A DNA stretch of 64,000 nt, from positions 27,757-91,756 of the forward strand of contig JAWOBN010000073.1 of the NCBI GenBank assembly GCA_046484245.1, read 5' to 3'. Below the pieces are notes generated by a model that made no database searches, was not told the DNA's origin, and saw only the letters and a program-made list of their open reading frames with translations. Numbering within the stretch: position 1 is the first letter of the stretch; each line of letters starts with the position of its first letter. This document shows, in pieces, positions 21,119-31,815 of this stretch. Both the position numbers and the translations under genes were made by a program. The stretch comes from a bacterium. GTDB lineage: Bacteria > Hydrothermota > 32-111.

Positions 21119-22539
21119 TGAATAGAATGAACAATATATTCTCTTCAAAGGACCGTAATCTTACTGAGGGCAGTATATGGAAGAATCTCCTCATATTGTC
21201 CCTGCCCATTATTCTGTCCAATATGTTTCAGACCTTTTATAATATGGCTGATGCATTCTGGCTGGGTAAACTGGGCAAGACAGCACTGGCTGCGCCTACA
21301 ATTACCTTCAATGTTGTGTTTACAATAATAGCACTAGCAGGCGGTCTCGCAATGGGAGGTACAACACTTGTCGGTCAGTATAAGGGGGCAAAAGATGAGA
21401 AAATGGTCAACAGGGCTGCAGGCAATACATACAGTATGATTTTTATTATTGCATTGATGCTGGCAGCAATAGGATTTATTTTCTCACCGCAGATACTGCG
21501 TTTGCTGCAGACACCCCATGAGGCATACAGTGACACATTGGTTTATATGCGCATAACCTTCATAGGCATGCCCTTTGTTTTCGGATATTTCATATTCCAG
21601 GGCATACTCCAGGGGTACGGTAATACAATAAGCCCGATGAAACTCAATGCATTCACTGTAATACTCAATGTTGTTCTGGACCCTCTGCTCATATTCGGAT
21701 GGGGTCCTTTCCCTGCAATGGGTGTAGCAGGAGCAGGCATCGCCACTGTGTTCTCGCAATTTACAGCATCAATGATAGGAACAATTCATCTCTTCTCCGG
21801 CAGATACGGTGTAAAAATTTCTCTTAAGACAATGATGCCGGACATGGAGATAATCAAGAATATATTAAGAATAGGACTGCCCATATCCCTGGGACAGACA
21901 GGCACTTCTTTCGGTTTCACAATACTTATGGGTATTGTCAATACTCTGGGGACAGCAACAGTCGGTGCTTTCGGGATAGGCAACAGGATAATATCCCTGC
22001 TTGTAATGCCTGCAATGGGACTTGCGAGAGGCAACAGCATAATGGTAGCGCAGAACATCGGTGCGGACAAGGTGAAGAGGGCAGAGAGAACAGTATGGAC
22101 AAGTGTTGCAATAAATTCAGTAATCCTCTTTATATTCACGACACTGCTCTTCTTCTTCGGCGGCTATGTTGTCAAATTCTTCATTAATGATCCTGAAGTG
22201 ATAAAAATAGGAACACAGATGTTCAGAATTACGGCTTACTCTGTTCTGTTCTTTTCAATCATGATTGTCTTCAATGGAGCATTTCAGGGTTCAGGTCATA
22301 CAATGCCTGTTTTTGTATTGCAATTGGCAAGGTTGTGGTTATTCCGTCTGCCATTTGCATACCTCTTTACAAAGATAATGGATATGGGATATAATGGTAT
22401 CTTCTGGGCAATGTTCATATCCAACAGTGTCATTGCTGTTGCATCCTTTATATGGTTTAGCAGAGGAACATGGAAAGAAAGAATTATTCACAAAGAACCT
22501 GTTGAAACAGAAGACATTATTGTCTCTGTAAGTGATTAA
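21112..22539 (+). CDS. MATE family efflux transporter
   Basis: LTEGSIWKNL, YNMADAFWLG, LNVVLDPLLIFG, GVAGAGIAT. Confidence 0.93.
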   Translation: MLMNRMNNIFSSKDRNLTEGSIWKNLLILSLPIILSNMFQTFYNMADAFWLGKLGKTALAAPTITFNVVFTIIALAGGLAMGGTTLVGQYKGAKDEKMVNRAAGNTYSMIFIIALMLAAIGFIFSPQILRLLQTPHEAYSDTLVYMRITFIGMPFVFGYFIFQGILQGYGNTISPMKLNAFTVILNVVLDPLLIFGWGPFPAMGVAGAGIATVFSQFTASMIGTIHLFSGRYGVKISLKTMMPDMEIIKNILRIGLPISLGQTGTSFGFTILMGIVNTLGTATVGAFGIGNRIISLLVMPAMGLARGNSIMVAQNIGADKVKRAERTVWTSVAINSVILFIFTTLLFFFGGYVVKFFINDPEVIKIGTQMFRITAYSVLFFSIMIVFNGAFQGSGHTMPVFVLQLARLWLFRLPFAYLFTKIMDMGYNGIFWAMFISNSVIAVASFIWFSRGTWKERIIHKEPVETEDIIVSVSD

Positions 22540-22549
22540 GGAGAAAAAC

Positions 22550-24646
22550 ATGAAAAGAATACTGCTGATACTGTCTCTTCTAATAATAATTGCAGGATGT
22601 GCCAAAAGAGAAGCAGAGGGTTACAATGCGCCTCAAAGTGAACCGGAAGCTGTAAAAATCAAGACTCAGAGAGCTATTCATGACACTGTTGTGACTGACT
22701 ATTATAAATGGATGGAGGCAAAAGACGAGAGAACAATTGATTATATTGAGAGGGAGAATGCTTACACAAAAGCCCGTACAGAAGATCTGAGGGAATTGAG
22801 AGATAGTCTTTATGATGAAATGCTTTCAAGGATTAAGCAGACAGATCTCTCTGTACCTTACAGAATGGGGGATTATCTCTATTACTCCAAGACCCTGGAG
22901 GGTAAACAGTACAGTATTTACTGCAGAAGAAGATATCCTGACGGTAAGGAGGAAATACTGCTTGACAAAAATACAATGGCAGAGGGCAAGATATATTTTT
23001 CTGTCGGAGTATTTGAGGTCAGTCCCAGCCAGAACCTTATTGCCTATGCAGTTGATACCCTGGGAAATGAGAACTATCATCTCATAATAAAGGACATTAA
23101 TGCCAATGAGATTGAAGATACAGGTATAAACAGAATATCATCTGTTGAGTGGTCTGCTTCAGACAGTATGTTCTACTATACTGTTGAGAATAATGCAAGA
23201 AGACCGTATATTGTCAAAAGGCATATAAGGGGAACGGACCCGGAGGATGACCGGGTGCTTTTCACTGATGACAATGAAAGGTTCTGGGTATGGCTCTCAT
23301 CATCAAAGGACAACAGATATGTCTTCTGCGGTTCTTCAAGTAAGATTACATCAATTATGGGTTATATTGAGAAATCCGGTTCAGCTGATTCATTTACTTT
23401 TCCATATCCGAAGAGAGACAGTGTTGAGTATTATATTAAGCATAATAATGGTATCTTTTATATACTGTCAAACAGGAATGCCTATAATTACAGAATTGAT
23501 GCAGCGCCTGTCGGTTCTCCACAGGATACAACATGCATTGTACCCGAATCTTCCAATACAACACTGATACGTCTGGAGATGTTCAGTGATTACCTTGTTA
23601 TCTCTGAGAGAAGAGACGGTTTCCCTGCATTGCGGGTACTCACCATCGGCAGTAATGATATGCATTATATTGATTTCCCCGATGATGCATATTCGGTCTG
23701 GCTTGAGAACAACAGGTATTTCCCGTCCGATTCATTACGGTATTCCTATTCATCATATAAAACACCATTCACCATCTTTGATTATAATATGAAGACAAGA
23801 GAAAAGAGAATGATTAAACAGCAGGAGGTCACAGGATATGACCCTGATATTTATGAGACAAAGAGGATTGACATAATTGTGCGTGACGGCGAGAGTGTGC
23901 CGCTTACAATAATGTACCGGAAGGACATTGACTTGAGAGGAGACAACCCCTTTATCCTTGACGGATATGGTGCATACGGTTCAGCAAGCGACCCGTACTT
24001 TTCCTCATTGCGTCTCTCCCTTGTCAACAGGGGAGTAATCATAGGAACTGCGCATATAAGAGGCGGGGGTGAAAAGGGAAGACAGTGGTATGAAGCAGGT
24101 AAATTGCTCAATAAGAAGAACACATTCCATGATTTTATTGATATTGCAGAATATATTGTTGACAGCAATTACACATCAACCCGCAAACTCGTTATCAGGG
24201 GAGGCAGTGCAGGCGGACTCCTTATGGGTGCAGTTGTCAATATGAGACCTGAGCTCTTCAGGGGCGCGGTTGCTTCAGTGCCTTTTGTTGATCTCATCAA
24301 TTCAATGCTCAATCCGGAACTCCCTCTCACAGTACCAGAATATGAGGAGTGGGGTGATCCTGATGATAAAGAATATTTCAGGTATATGCTCTCATATTCA
24401 CCCTATGACAATGTCAGGTCTCAGGATTATCCCCATATGCTGATAATGGCGGGTATAAATGACAGCCGTGTTGCATACTGGGAAGCCCTTAAATGGACAG
24501 CAAAACTCAGGGACTACAATACCTCGTCAAGCGAAATCCTGCTTAGGATGAATATGGGCAGCGGACACGGGGGGTCATCCGGCAGATATGATTTCTACAG
24601 TGATGTTGCTTTTGAATATGCGTGGATAATAGATCTGCTGAAATAA
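22550..24646 (+). CDS. ptrB: Oligopeptidase B (S9A), with lipoprotein signal
   Basis: GYGAYG, HIRGGGE, catalytic GGSAGG, DSRV, GHGG; AAGGAG SD before ATG 22550; lipobox IIAG-C. Confidence 0.92.
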   Translation: MKRILLILSLLIIIAGCAKREAEGYNAPQSEPEAVKIKTQRAIHDTVVTDYYKWMEAKDERTIDYIERENAYTKARTEDLRELRDSLYDEMLSRIKQTDLSVPYRMGDYLYYSKTLEGKQYSIYCRRRYPDGKEEILLDKNTMAEGKIYFSVGVFEVSPSQNLIAYAVDTLGNENYHLIIKDINANEIEDTGINRISSVEWSASDSMFYYTVENNARRPYIVKRHIRGTDPEDDRVLFTDDNERFWVWLSSSKDNRYVFCGSSSKITSIMGYIEKSGSADSFTFPYPKRDSVEYYIKHNNGIFYILSNRNAYNYRIDAAPVGSPQDTTCIVPESSNTTLIRLEMFSDYLVISERRDGFPALRVLTIGSNDMHYIDFPDDAYSVWLENNRYFPSDSLRYSYSSYKTPFTIFDYNMKTREKRMIKQQEVTGYDPDIYETKRIDIIVRDGESVPLTIMYRKDIDLRGDNPFILDGYGAYGSASDPYFSSLRLSLVNRGVIIGTAHIRGGGEKGRQWYEAGKLLNKKNTFHDFIDIAEYIVDSNYTSTRKLVIRGGSAGGLLMGAVVNMRPELFRGAVASVPFVDLINSMLNPELPLTVPEYEEWGDPDDKEYFRYMLSYSPYDNVRSQDYPHMLIMAGINDSRVAYWEALKWTAKLRDYNTSSSEILLRMNMGSGHGGSSGRYDFYSDVAFEYAWIIDLLK

Positions 24647-24649
24647 AAA

Positions 24650-24677
24650 AAGAGGGGTGCTTGCAAGCACCCCTCTT
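24650..24677. terminator. Terminator between convergent genes, with a U-tract on the minus strand
   Basis: Perfect 28-bp palindrome AAGAGGGGTGCTTGCAAGCACCCCTCTT preceded by an A-run. Confidence 0.85.
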
Positions 24678-24701
24678 ATAATTCATCTGTTCAAAGTATT
24701 A

Positions 24702-24920
24702 TTACTTCTTACACTTGAATTTTTTCTTTCTCATAACAGAGCCGTCTTTTTTATAAGTCACGAGTGTTGCCTCGTGTTTCTCTGCAAGATCCTTTGCAAA
24801 GTTTACTGCCTCTGCTTTCTTGTCAAAGTTCTTCATTGAACGGCCGCGTTTGGATGTTGTAACAATCCATTTTTTGTCATCATCACGATGCGGTTGTACA
24901 TGATAAGTTTTTTTAGCCAT
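24702..24920 (-). CDS. DUF2188 family small basic protein
   Basis: YHVQPH...W.V......F.KKAEAV..AK.LA......LV.YKKDG; AGGAGG SD. Confidence 0.8.
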   Translation of the reverse strand: MAKKTYHVQPHRDDDKKWIVTTSKRGRSMKNFDKKAEAVNFAKDLAEKHEATLVTYKKDGSVMRKKKFKCKK

Positions 24921-25025
24921 AAAGCCTCCTTAAAGAATTTATGTTACAGAAAAAATAAATAGTACGATGTTATATATGGTGACACTGATCTCTTCTCCGA
25001 AAGTTTTCCCTTCAATCATATTTTT

Positions 25026-25053
25026 ATTTTACACATAATCAGATATTTTTCAA
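25026..25053 (-). promoter_or_regulatory. Sigma70-like promoter
   Basis: TTGAAA-16 bp-TAAAAT on the minus strand. Confidence 0.55.
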
Positions 25054-25084
25054 CCACTAATTTGAGTAATATGACAAAACATCA

Positions 25085-26581
25085 TTATTCAATTAAAGTG
25101 AGTTTCTCACAAAATCCACTTTGCGCATCATTGATAAAATAGATGCCTGCAGGGAGACTGAGTTCTTTTGTGATGTCTCTTTCTCCTGAGACACTGCCGT
25201 CAAATATATGAGTCACCTTTCTGCCCTTTATATCATAGAGATTGATATTATAGTAATGATTTGAACTACTTATTGACAGAGAGAGTCTGTTGTCAGTGAT
25301 AACATTATTCATAATGATTTTATTACGGGTGTTTTTGCTCTCATCAATGCCCAGCACACCTGTCTCCCAGAACTCCATTAAGCTCAGTGTATTGGGCACA
25401 ATGTCAGAGGGCTGCTGGTTGATTACAAAAGCAATGGTCACAATAGTGGAATCACCGTAATCAAGATCAAAGGGACCGGAAGACACAATGAACCTCTTGT
25501 CACCTGCTCTGGTGGAGTCCTCTGCTGTTCCCGGATATCCGGACGGCTTGTTCCCCCAGTCATTCTGTAATGGGAATGGTTTATATGACTCTTCGGGGTT
25601 ACTGGGATCAAATGTTAAATAGTCATAACCCGCATGCACTTGATACCTCTCTTCGTCTGTTGGCGGGTCTGTAGCAAGTGTCAAATATCTGTAGGATGTC
25701 ATTCCGAGTTCACTGAATGGAGCAATATAAAAACTGCCATCATGATACAGATCAACCAATTGCTCAGTAATGGGTGTTTCAAGCATGACAAGAGAGATAA
25801 TGCGCGGCTCATGCACCCAGGTTGTCTCTGGCTCCAGCTGGAATTGATATGCAGTATTGAGCTGCATCAGTGTATCTGACGCGCCCATGTAATCAACTGT
25901 CATTGTGTCAATGAATCCAGCCAGATCATTGGTATAGTCGCCAATATCTGCGTCAACAGAAAAGGCATAGTAGCAGTTGTATAAATCTAGGGAATCCTCA
26001 TTCTCATTCTTTATCACATGCCTTATGAATACAACATTATTCAGAAGACCTGTTGTCCACTGATATGTCCACTGTTTGACTGTTATTCCCATAGGCAGGG
26101 TCTCAGCTGTAAAATGCTGGCCAGGATCCTTATCCGAGAAGAAGCAATATGTGTCATAACCGGAGAATGTGGAGTCAAACCATACTGTGCTGTCTGCTTT
26201 CATTGGCGGCCAGTCATCAGCTGAATTATACACCCTCTCCAGTTCATTGTCATACTCAGGTGCGTCACTGCCGTCACCGGGGCAGAATTCACTTGAACCT
26301 CCACCGGGTTTATATCCTGTTGAAACGAGTGTATCACAATATACAAAAAATGTATCCATCAGTCCCGCAAACCATATCCCGCTGCCGTAAATATAATTTT
26401 CCTCAGGATAACCGCTGGGCCAGTAGCCGCCGTCATTACCTGTAGTTACGTCGTGGCCGATTATACCGTAATTTGATACTGTTATATTGAGATTATTGTA
26501 ATCAGACCATATCATATCCCACTTGGCAAAGATACCTGTAAACAGTAAAAGTGCAGAAATAAAAACCAAAATCCTCTTCAT
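25085..26581 (-). CDS. Secreted protein with T9SS-type C-terminal sorting domain
   Basis: Signal peptide; NNLNITVSNYG...YIYGSGIW; C-terminus LYDIKGRKV...LPAGIYFI...KLTLIE. Confidence 0.75.
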   Translation of the reverse strand: MKRILVFISALLLFTGIFAKWDMIWSDYNNLNITVSNYGIIGHDVTTGNDGGYWPSGYPEENYIYGSGIWFAGLMDTFFVYCDTLVSTGYKPGGGSSEFCPGDGSDAPEYDNELERVYNSADDWPPMKADSTVWFDSTFSGYDTYCFFSDKDPGQHFTAETLPMGITVKQWTYQWTTGLLNNVVFIRHVIKNENEDSLDLYNCYYAFSVDADIGDYTNDLAGFIDTMTVDYMGASDTLMQLNTAYQFQLEPETTWVHEPRIISLVMLETPITEQLVDLYHDGSFYIAPFSELGMTSYRYLTLATDPPTDEERYQVHAGYDYLTFDPSNPEESYKPFPLQNDWGNKPSGYPGTAEDSTRAGDKRFIVSSGPFDLDYGDSTIVTIAFVINQQPSDIVPNTLSLMEFWETGVLGIDESKNTRNKIIMNNVITDNRLSLSISSSNHYYNINLYDIKGRKVTHIFDGSVSGERDITKELSLPAGIYFINDAQSGFCEKLTLIE

Positions 26582-26603
26582 TTGTCCTCCTTATATTAAA
26601 TTA

Positions 26604-26631
26604 ATTATACGGATTGATGAAAATTTATCAA
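26604..26631 (-). promoter_or_regulatory. Sigma70-like promoter
   Basis: TTGATA-16 bp-TATAAT on the minus strand; AGGAGG SD follows. Confidence 0.65.
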
Positions 26632-26767
26632 CATAAAATAACTATATGTAATTCCCCAAAAAAAATGTCCCCTTAAATTACTATTAAAAAATGTCCCTTT
26701 TTGAGAAAAAGGATATCCCATCACCACACAATATATACGGATAATGCACTAAGTATCACAATAAATG

Positions 26768-26790
26768 GTAGGGGTTCAACAATTTGAACC
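26768..26790 (+). repeat. GTAG-led REP-like hairpin
   Basis: GTAGG then GGTTCAA-CAAT-TTGAACC stem-loop. Confidence 0.5.
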
Positions 26791-26933
26791 TGATCCAAAT
26801 TTCCCGACGCATCACGCAAAACGCAGTTCGCACAACGATAATGGACGGAGGGTTAAGATACAAATGGATTCTATGCGAAACTGCACAAAACCCTCTGCAA
26901 CCTCAGTTAAAACTTAAATTACATACTATTCTC

Positions 26934-27091
26934 TCCAAATCCCAGGGACAGCCCTTTACATTATTTACGTTTGACAAAATAAACGGAATATAAATGCTGC
27001 AATAAATAAATTTAGAAAATATGGTATTGTAAGTTCAGAAATAATTAAATATAATTGTAAACGATGTAAAGGGCTGTCCCCGGGATTTGGA
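26934..27091. repeat. 158-bp inverted-repeat element, copy B (reverse orientation; linker extends to about 27130)
   Basis: 35-bp arms (32/35 match) and 88-bp core. Confidence 0.92.
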
Positions 27092-27255
27092 GGTTTGTTT
27101 TGACAAAATGAGGTGAAGAGGCAGATGGAAGTATCCGCATATACTGCAAACCGAATGACAGAAAGGTGTAATAAAGTCAAAGAGGCAGGCACGCGATAGC
27201 TATCTGTATGACTCAGGGGACATTTTATGAGGGTTAATATATTATTAAAATGGTA

Positions 27256-27283
27256 TTGAAATAATTTACTAAATCAATATAAT
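27256..27283 (+). promoter_or_regulatory. Sigma70-like promoter, probably leaderless
   Basis: TTGAAA-16 bp-TATAAT, ending 6 nt before ATG 27290. Confidence 0.7.
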
Positions 27284-27289
27284 GTATCT

Positions 27290-29749
27290 ATGGGAGACAA
27301 AGAAGTAAAGGGAGTTGTTGATCCTCTCTACAGGGATGACCTGTCAGAATTGTATAATAAGAGATTCTACCGCAATATAGGTAAATTCATTCAGGCAGAG
27401 CAGATTATATTTTCCATATTTGACATTGATGATTTCAAGTATGTCAATGATGTCTATGGCCATCATACAGGTGACAGAATCATAGGACAGGTGGGCAGAA
27501 CAGTATCTATGATGCTTGAGAAGAGTGAATTGGGTATCCGCTTCGGCGGGGATGAATTCATTATTATATTTACACAGTCAAATCTTGGAAAGGCACTGGA
27601 AAAACTGGAGGCAATAAGGAACAGTATAAAGAACAATCTGCTGGAAATTGAGAGCAGAATGCCTGATATAACATGTTCATTCGGTGTTGCATCAGGCGCA
27701 TTGAGGGAAATTGATCAATTGATGAAGAAAGCTGACAGGGCACTGTATGGAGCAAAAGCCTCAGGCAAGGATAATATAACAGTTTTCCGGAATAATATGC
27801 AAGAGAAGAGATATATGCCTGTTGATATTGAGCGCAAAGTGAAGAATGAAATGGCAGGCAGCAGGAATGTCATTGTAAAGGGCGGATTTTCAACAGGCAA
27901 GACATTCCTTATCCAGAATCTGAAGAATAATTTCAGGAATTATCATTATTACAATCTGGACCTTCACTATCCCGGTACATTGGAACAGCCGTTTCTCATT
28001 ACAATTAATCCTGCTGCTTTATATAAAGACAAGGTGAAGAATTTGCTGCTCAAATCAATATATGAGGATTTCAAACCTGCTGAATTCCGTCTGTCAAATT
28101 TTGACAAGTCATCAGTGATTGAATTATTCAATATGTATGAAAAGGAATCCACACTGTTCAGTGTCAATTTTGTTGACCTTGTCACTTCGGGTAATCCTGG
28201 AGTTCTTAAGAGAATATTTGCTGCTGATTCCCTATTTGATCTGTCACCTGTATTCAATGATAATATATCAGTCATTCTTTCCATGATGGACAGTGAGATA
28301 ATTGAGTTTCTCAATGATGTGCACTGTCTCGGATTGAGATTTACGCAGAAGGAAGCTGAAAGCAAGGGGCTCAGTCAAAAAGTCAAATTCCTTACAGACC
28401 TCATGCTCCTTTCCCGCAGGAACAATTCCTACTCTTATACATATACACCGGTCTATTTTAATAATAATAATGTCAGTGCGGCAGATAAGGCAGGCAATGA
28501 TTACGGATACATATTCAAAACAGCGGAAAAACTCAACAATGTAATAAATAATTCAGACAGGGAGAATGCTGAGCTTGCTGAATTCCTCATTGATTACGGT
28601 GATCTGCATTATGGTGAATATGTCCTGAAGAGAATACCGATGAAGAGCGACAAGATTGTAAAACTCAATGTCTGCCTGATGATGGAGAAGCATTCACTCC
28701 CGGAGGCATATAATCTCCTGAAGAATATAGATTCAGACAAGACACGGGAGGAATTGAAACTGCGTCTTGACGCAAAATCAGGCAAGGACATAGTAATTGA
28801 AAACCCCCGGACACCGATTGAGAAACTGCTCTGCCTCTATCAGGCAATCAAGCATAATGAGCAAGAAGAGGTCAGAAGAATACTTGAGATCATTGATGCA
28901 GATGAACTTGATGATTCACAGAAGAATTCCTACTATCATATTCTCTGCGGACATATGACAGCAACCCATCAGTTTGACAGGGCAATGGACTGTCTCAACA
29001 AGGCATCGCGTATAAGCAGGGATAATCATTTTATTGCATCATACGGAAAGATTCTGATGAACAAGGGGCTTATCTATCTTGCAGTTAACAGGCCCCAGCG
29101 TGCACTGAATTATCTGAAGCGCTCACTCAATATAATCCGGCTGACCGGTTTTGCGGACAGTCTTATCAGTGTGAAATTCAATATTGCTGTAATATATACA
29201 GGTCTGGGGAATTTCAACAAGGCACTTCAGATATATTCTGAAATGCTCACCAATGAGATACTTGCCGGTAATTTCTACTACAGGGCTATTATACTGCACA
29301 ATATGGCGGAAATACACCTCCGTTCCTGGGATATGGAAGAGGCGCGCAGGCTCTCCATGAGGGCAGAGGAGCTTATGGATGAATGCGGCAGGCAGATACC
29401 TGTATCAATGAAGATTCAGAAATCAAAGATTGCAGCAATTGTGTCAGGTAATTATAATAAACTTGATAAAGATGATAATACTGATATAATTGACAAGGTT
29501 GATATTGATATACTGGAATTATTAAGCAGGAGCAATGAGATTTCAGACAGCAGCATTAAGAAGTTCTTTGCAGGATTGAGAGAGAAACATAATTATGATG
29601 AATTGCCCGAGCAATTTGTATTTGCTGCTCTTGCATTGAAAGAGAGGAAAAATATCAAACACTATCTGCTCAAAGAAGCATTGGAGCTGACAGGGAAAAA
29701 ATCTTATCTGAGAAGCAGTCAGATCAGGAAAATAATGGAGGAAAAATGA
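27290..29749 (+). CDS. Diguanylate cyclase fused to a P-loop-like domain and TPR repeats
   Basis: [41 protein letters not shown]-terminal TPR-like helices. Confidence 0.85.
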   Translation: MGDKEVKGVVDPLYRDDLSELYNKRFYRNIGKFIQAEQIIFSIFDIDDFKYVNDVYGHHTGDRIIGQVGRTVSMMLEKSELGIRFGGDEFIIIFTQSNLGKALEKLEAIRNSIKNNLLEIESRMPDITCSFGVASGALREIDQLMKKADRALYGAKASGKDNITVFRNNMQEKRYMPVDIERKVKNEMAGSRNVIVKGGFSTGKTFLIQNLKNNFRNYHYYNLDLHYPGTLEQPFLITINPAALYKDKVKNLLLKSIYEDFKPAEFRLSNFDKSSVIELFNMYEKESTLFSVNFVDLVTSGNPGVLKRIFAADSLFDLSPVFNDNISVILSMMDSEIIEFLNDVHCLGLRFTQKEAESKGLSQKVKFLTDLMLLSRRNNSYSYTYTPVYFNNNNVSAADKAGNDYGYIFKTAEKLNNVINNSDRENAELAEFLIDYGDLHYGEYVLKRIPMKSDKIVKLNVCLMMEKHSLPEAYNLLKNIDSDKTREELKLRLDAKSGKDIVIENPRTPIEKLLCLYQAIKHNEQEEVRRILEIIDADELDDSQKNSYYHILCGHMTATHQFDRAMDCLNKASRISRDNHFIASYGKILMNKGLIYLAVNRPQRALNYLKRSLNIIRLTGFADSLISVKFNIAVIYTGLGNFNKALQIYSEMLTNEILAGNFYYRAIILHNMAEIHLRSWDMEEARRLSMRAEELMDECGRQIPVSMKIQKSKIAAIVSGNYNKLDKDDNTDIIDKVDIDILELLSRSNEISDSSIKKFFAGLREKHNYDELPEQFVFAALALKERKNIKHYLLKEALELTGKKSYLRSSQIRKIMEEK

Positions 29750-30276
29750 AAATCAATTCAACGACAATACTGGGTGTAAGGAAAGACGGCAAGACAGCAA
29801 TCGGAGGCGACGGGCAGGTAACACTGGACAAGACTGTTATCAAGCACTCTGCAAATAAGATAAGACGCCTCTACAATGACAAGGTGCTGGCGGGTTTTGC
29901 CGGGTCTGTGGCAGATGCAATAACCCTGTTTGACAAATTTGAGAAATATATTGAAAAGGACAAGGGCGATCTCCTCAGGGCATCCATTGACCTGACCAAG
30001 GAGTGGAGGCAGGATAAATTCCTCAGGCGTCTTGAGGCAATGCTGATTGTAATGGACAGTGAACATTCTCTCATAATCTCAGGTAATGGTGATGTCATTG
30101 AACCGGATGACGGTGTTGTATCCATTGGTTCAGGCAGCCCCTATGCATATGCTGCTTCACGCGCACTCATTAAGCACTCAGAACTCACTGCAGAGGATAT
30201 TGTAAAGGAATCCCTCTCAATTGTTGCCGATATATGCATTTATACAAACAACAGGATTATACTGGAAACACTCTGA
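29746..30276 (+). CDS. hslV: ATP-dependent protease peptidase subunit HslV
   Basis: [32 protein letters not shown]. Confidence 0.97.
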   Translation: MKINSTTILGVRKDGKTAIGGDGQVTLDKTVIKHSANKIRRLYNDKVLAGFAGSVADAITLFDKFEKYIEKDKGDLLRASIDLTKEWRQDKFLRRLEAMLIVMDSEHSLIISGNGDVIEPDDGVVSIGSGSPYAYAASRALIKHSELTAEDIVKESLSIVADICIYTNNRIILETL

Positions 30277-30453
30277 CACAGGATTGTCTCTGATAAAGAT
30301 GTATTGGCAGATACGCTTCAAGCCGGACCTGCGCGCAGTATTTTACCCTATGATATTGAAAAAAAATATTGACTGCTCAATTTTCATATATTCCGGATAT
30401 TTCAAGTCAGACATGGGTATTCGGCTTTAGAATTTACAGTATATACGATTAAC

Positions 30454-30481
30454 TTGATTAAAGGCAAATAATAATTATAAT
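30454..30481 (+). promoter_or_regulatory. Internal promoter upstream of hslU
   Basis: TTGATT-16 bp-TATAAT; GGAG SD before ATG 30508. Confidence 0.6.
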
Positions 30482-30507
30482 AAATAAATATTTATAATGG
30501 AGTAATA

Positions 30508-31815
30508 ATGGAATTTAATTTGAAAGCAGCGGAAATTGTCAGAGAACTTGATAAATACATAGTGGGTCAGGATGATGCCAAGCGGCTCGTTGCCATTGCA
30601 CTGAGAAACAGATGGAGACGCATGCATGTCACTGATGATATCCGCGATGATATTATACCCTCTAATATAATAATGATTGGGCCTACGGGTGTGGGCAAGA
30701 CAGAGATTGCCAGAAGGCTTGCAAAGATGGTCAGGGCACCGTTTGTCAAAATTGAGGCAAGCAAATTCACTGAAGTGGGTTATGTGGGCAAGGATGTGGA
30801 GTCCATTATCAGAGACCTCATGAGGGCATCATACAGTATAATTGAAAATGAGACAGCTGAAGAGGTGAGGGATGCAGCCCGGAAATCTGTTGAAGACAGG
30901 ATACTGGACAGTCTGCTGCCGGGAAGCGACAGGGCGGAGCCGGACACTGTGGAGAAATTCAGGGATATGCTCCGGAGGGGCATACTTGATGAGAGAGAAA
31001 TTGAGATAGAGATAACAGAGAACCCCGGTTCAAAGATAGATGTGTTTTCAATGGGCGGCGGTGATGCATTTGAGGGACTGCAGGATATGTTTGAGAATCT
31101 TACGCCCAATAAGACAAAGAAGAAAAAGGTCACAGTCAAACAGGCAAGAGGCCTGCTGCTTGAAGACGAGATAAACAAACGCATAGACAAAGAGACAGTA
31201 AAGGAAAAGGCGAGGGAGAGGGCTGAGCAGCACGGGATTGTCTTTGTTGATGAAATTGACAAGATAATCACAACAGGCAATAATCAGGGTGTTGATGTAT
31301 CAAGAAGCGGTGTACAGAGAGACCTTCTGCCTATTGTTGAAGGTACGAATGTCAATACAAAACACGGTATGATAAAGACAGATTATATTCTCTTTATTGC
31401 AGCAGGAGCTTTTTCCAATGTTTCTGTTTCCGATCTGATGCCTGAACTGCAGGGCAGATTCCCGGTACGGGTTGAGCTTTCATCACTCACAGCAGAGCAT
31501 TTCAGAAGAATCCTGGAGGAGCCGGATAATGCAATAACAAAGCAGTACTATTACCTGATGAAGACAGAGAATATTGAAATACAGTTCAGTGATGATGCAT
31601 TGGAGAGAATTGCGGATATATCCTATAAAGCCAATCAGAAGATTGAGGATATCGGTGCAAGACGGCTCAGAACAATAATGACGAAGGTTCTGGAGGACAT
31701 AATGTACAGGGCTCCTGATATTGACAGTAAGACCATTGTTATTGACAAGGCATTTGTTGACAATGCAGTGGGAGATATATTTGAAGACAAGGATTTGAAG
31801 AAATATATACTATGA
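30508..31815 (+). CDS. hslU: ATP-dependent protease ATPase subunit HslU
   Basis: [47 protein letters not shown]. Confidence 0.97.
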   Translation: MEFNLKAAEIVRELDKYIVGQDDAKRLVAIALRNRWRRMHVTDDIRDDIIPSNIIMIGPTGVGKTEIARRLAKMVRAPFVKIEASKFTEVGYVGKDVESIIRDLMRASYSIIENETAEEVRDAARKSVEDRILDSLLPGSDRAEPDTVEKFRDMLRRGILDEREIEIEITENPGSKIDVFSMGGGDAFEGLQDMFENLTPNKTKKKKVTVKQARGLLLEDEINKRIDKETVKEKARERAEQHGIVFVDEIDKIITTGNNQGVDVSRSGVQRDLLPIVEGTNVNTKHGMIKTDYILFIAAGAFSNVSVSDLMPELQGRFPVRVELSSLTAEHFRRILEEPDNAITKQYYYLMKTENIEIQFSDDALERIADISYKANQKIEDIGARRLRTIMTKVLEDIMYRAPDIDSKTIVIDKAFVDNAVGDIFEDKDLKKYIL

